A DNA stretch of 64,000 bases from Octopus vulgaris (taxonomy: Eukaryota): NCBI GenBank assembly GCA_951406725.2, contig OX597819.1, forward strand, positions 36,084,001-36,148,000, given 5' to 3'. Of the stretch, positions 63,679-64,000 are shown piece after piece. The position numbers were made by a program, and so were the translations under genes. The stretch's first letter is position 1, and every line of letters begins with the position of its first letter. The notes beneath the pieces were generated by a model. It was given only the letters and a program-made list of their open reading frames with translations. It was not told where the DNA came from and searched no databases.

Positions 63679-64000
63679 TTTCAGTCATTTGATTGTGGCC
63701 ATGCTTGAAAGGTTTTAGTTGAACAAATCGATTCAAGGACTTGTTTTTAAGCCTAGTACTTATTCTATCAGTCTCTTTTTGCCAAATTGTTAAGTTACGG
63801 GGATGTAAACACACCAACACCAGTTGTCAAGCAGTGATGGGACACACACACACACATGACAGGTTTCTTTCAGTTTCCATTTACTAAATCCACTCACAAG
63901 GCTTTGGTTAGCCCAATGCTGTAGTAGAAGACGCTTGCCCTAGGTTCCATGCAGTGGGACTGAACCTGGAACCATGTGGTTGGGAAGCAAACTTCTAACC
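63679..64000 (-). mobile_element. tRNA-derived SINE family 1 (runs off the window end)
   Basis: tttcagtcatttga ... gggactgaacctggaaccatgtggttggg. Confidence 0.85.

Overview
AT-rich, repeat-dense eukaryotic genomic DNA. The SINE, microsatellite and MITE content suggests a coleoid cephalopod (Octopus-like), but that is inference. The only host coding sequence I can support is two + strand exons of ceramide glucosyltransferase (UGCG-like), at 54632-54770 and 63332-63434. I could not find the first, transmembrane-coding exon, so most of the window is probably a very long first intron or upstream region. Most other ORF-track entries are microsatellite or SINE artefacts. The non-coding space holds many tRNA-SINE copies of at least two families; 3' fragments of CR1/L2, RTE and R4/Dong LINEs; a deleted piggyBac and TTAA MITEs; hAT, mariner and pogo-like MITEs; and Helitron/Helentron-like elements. 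Highlights: (i) short Penelope-like insertions, three with minimal hammerhead ribozyme motifs and some with fold-back inversions; one hammerhead has a compensatory G3:C8 core swap inside a 63-bp fold-back with a 13-bp TSD; (ii) a consensus AG|GTAAGT recursive-splice candidate with a 23-nt poison exon; (iii) a CpG-retaining promoter-like island about 3.5 kb upstream of UGCG exon 2; (iv) filled and empty piggyBac sites in paralogous repeats flanking that exon. Coordinates were read by eye and the ends of old repeats are approximate.
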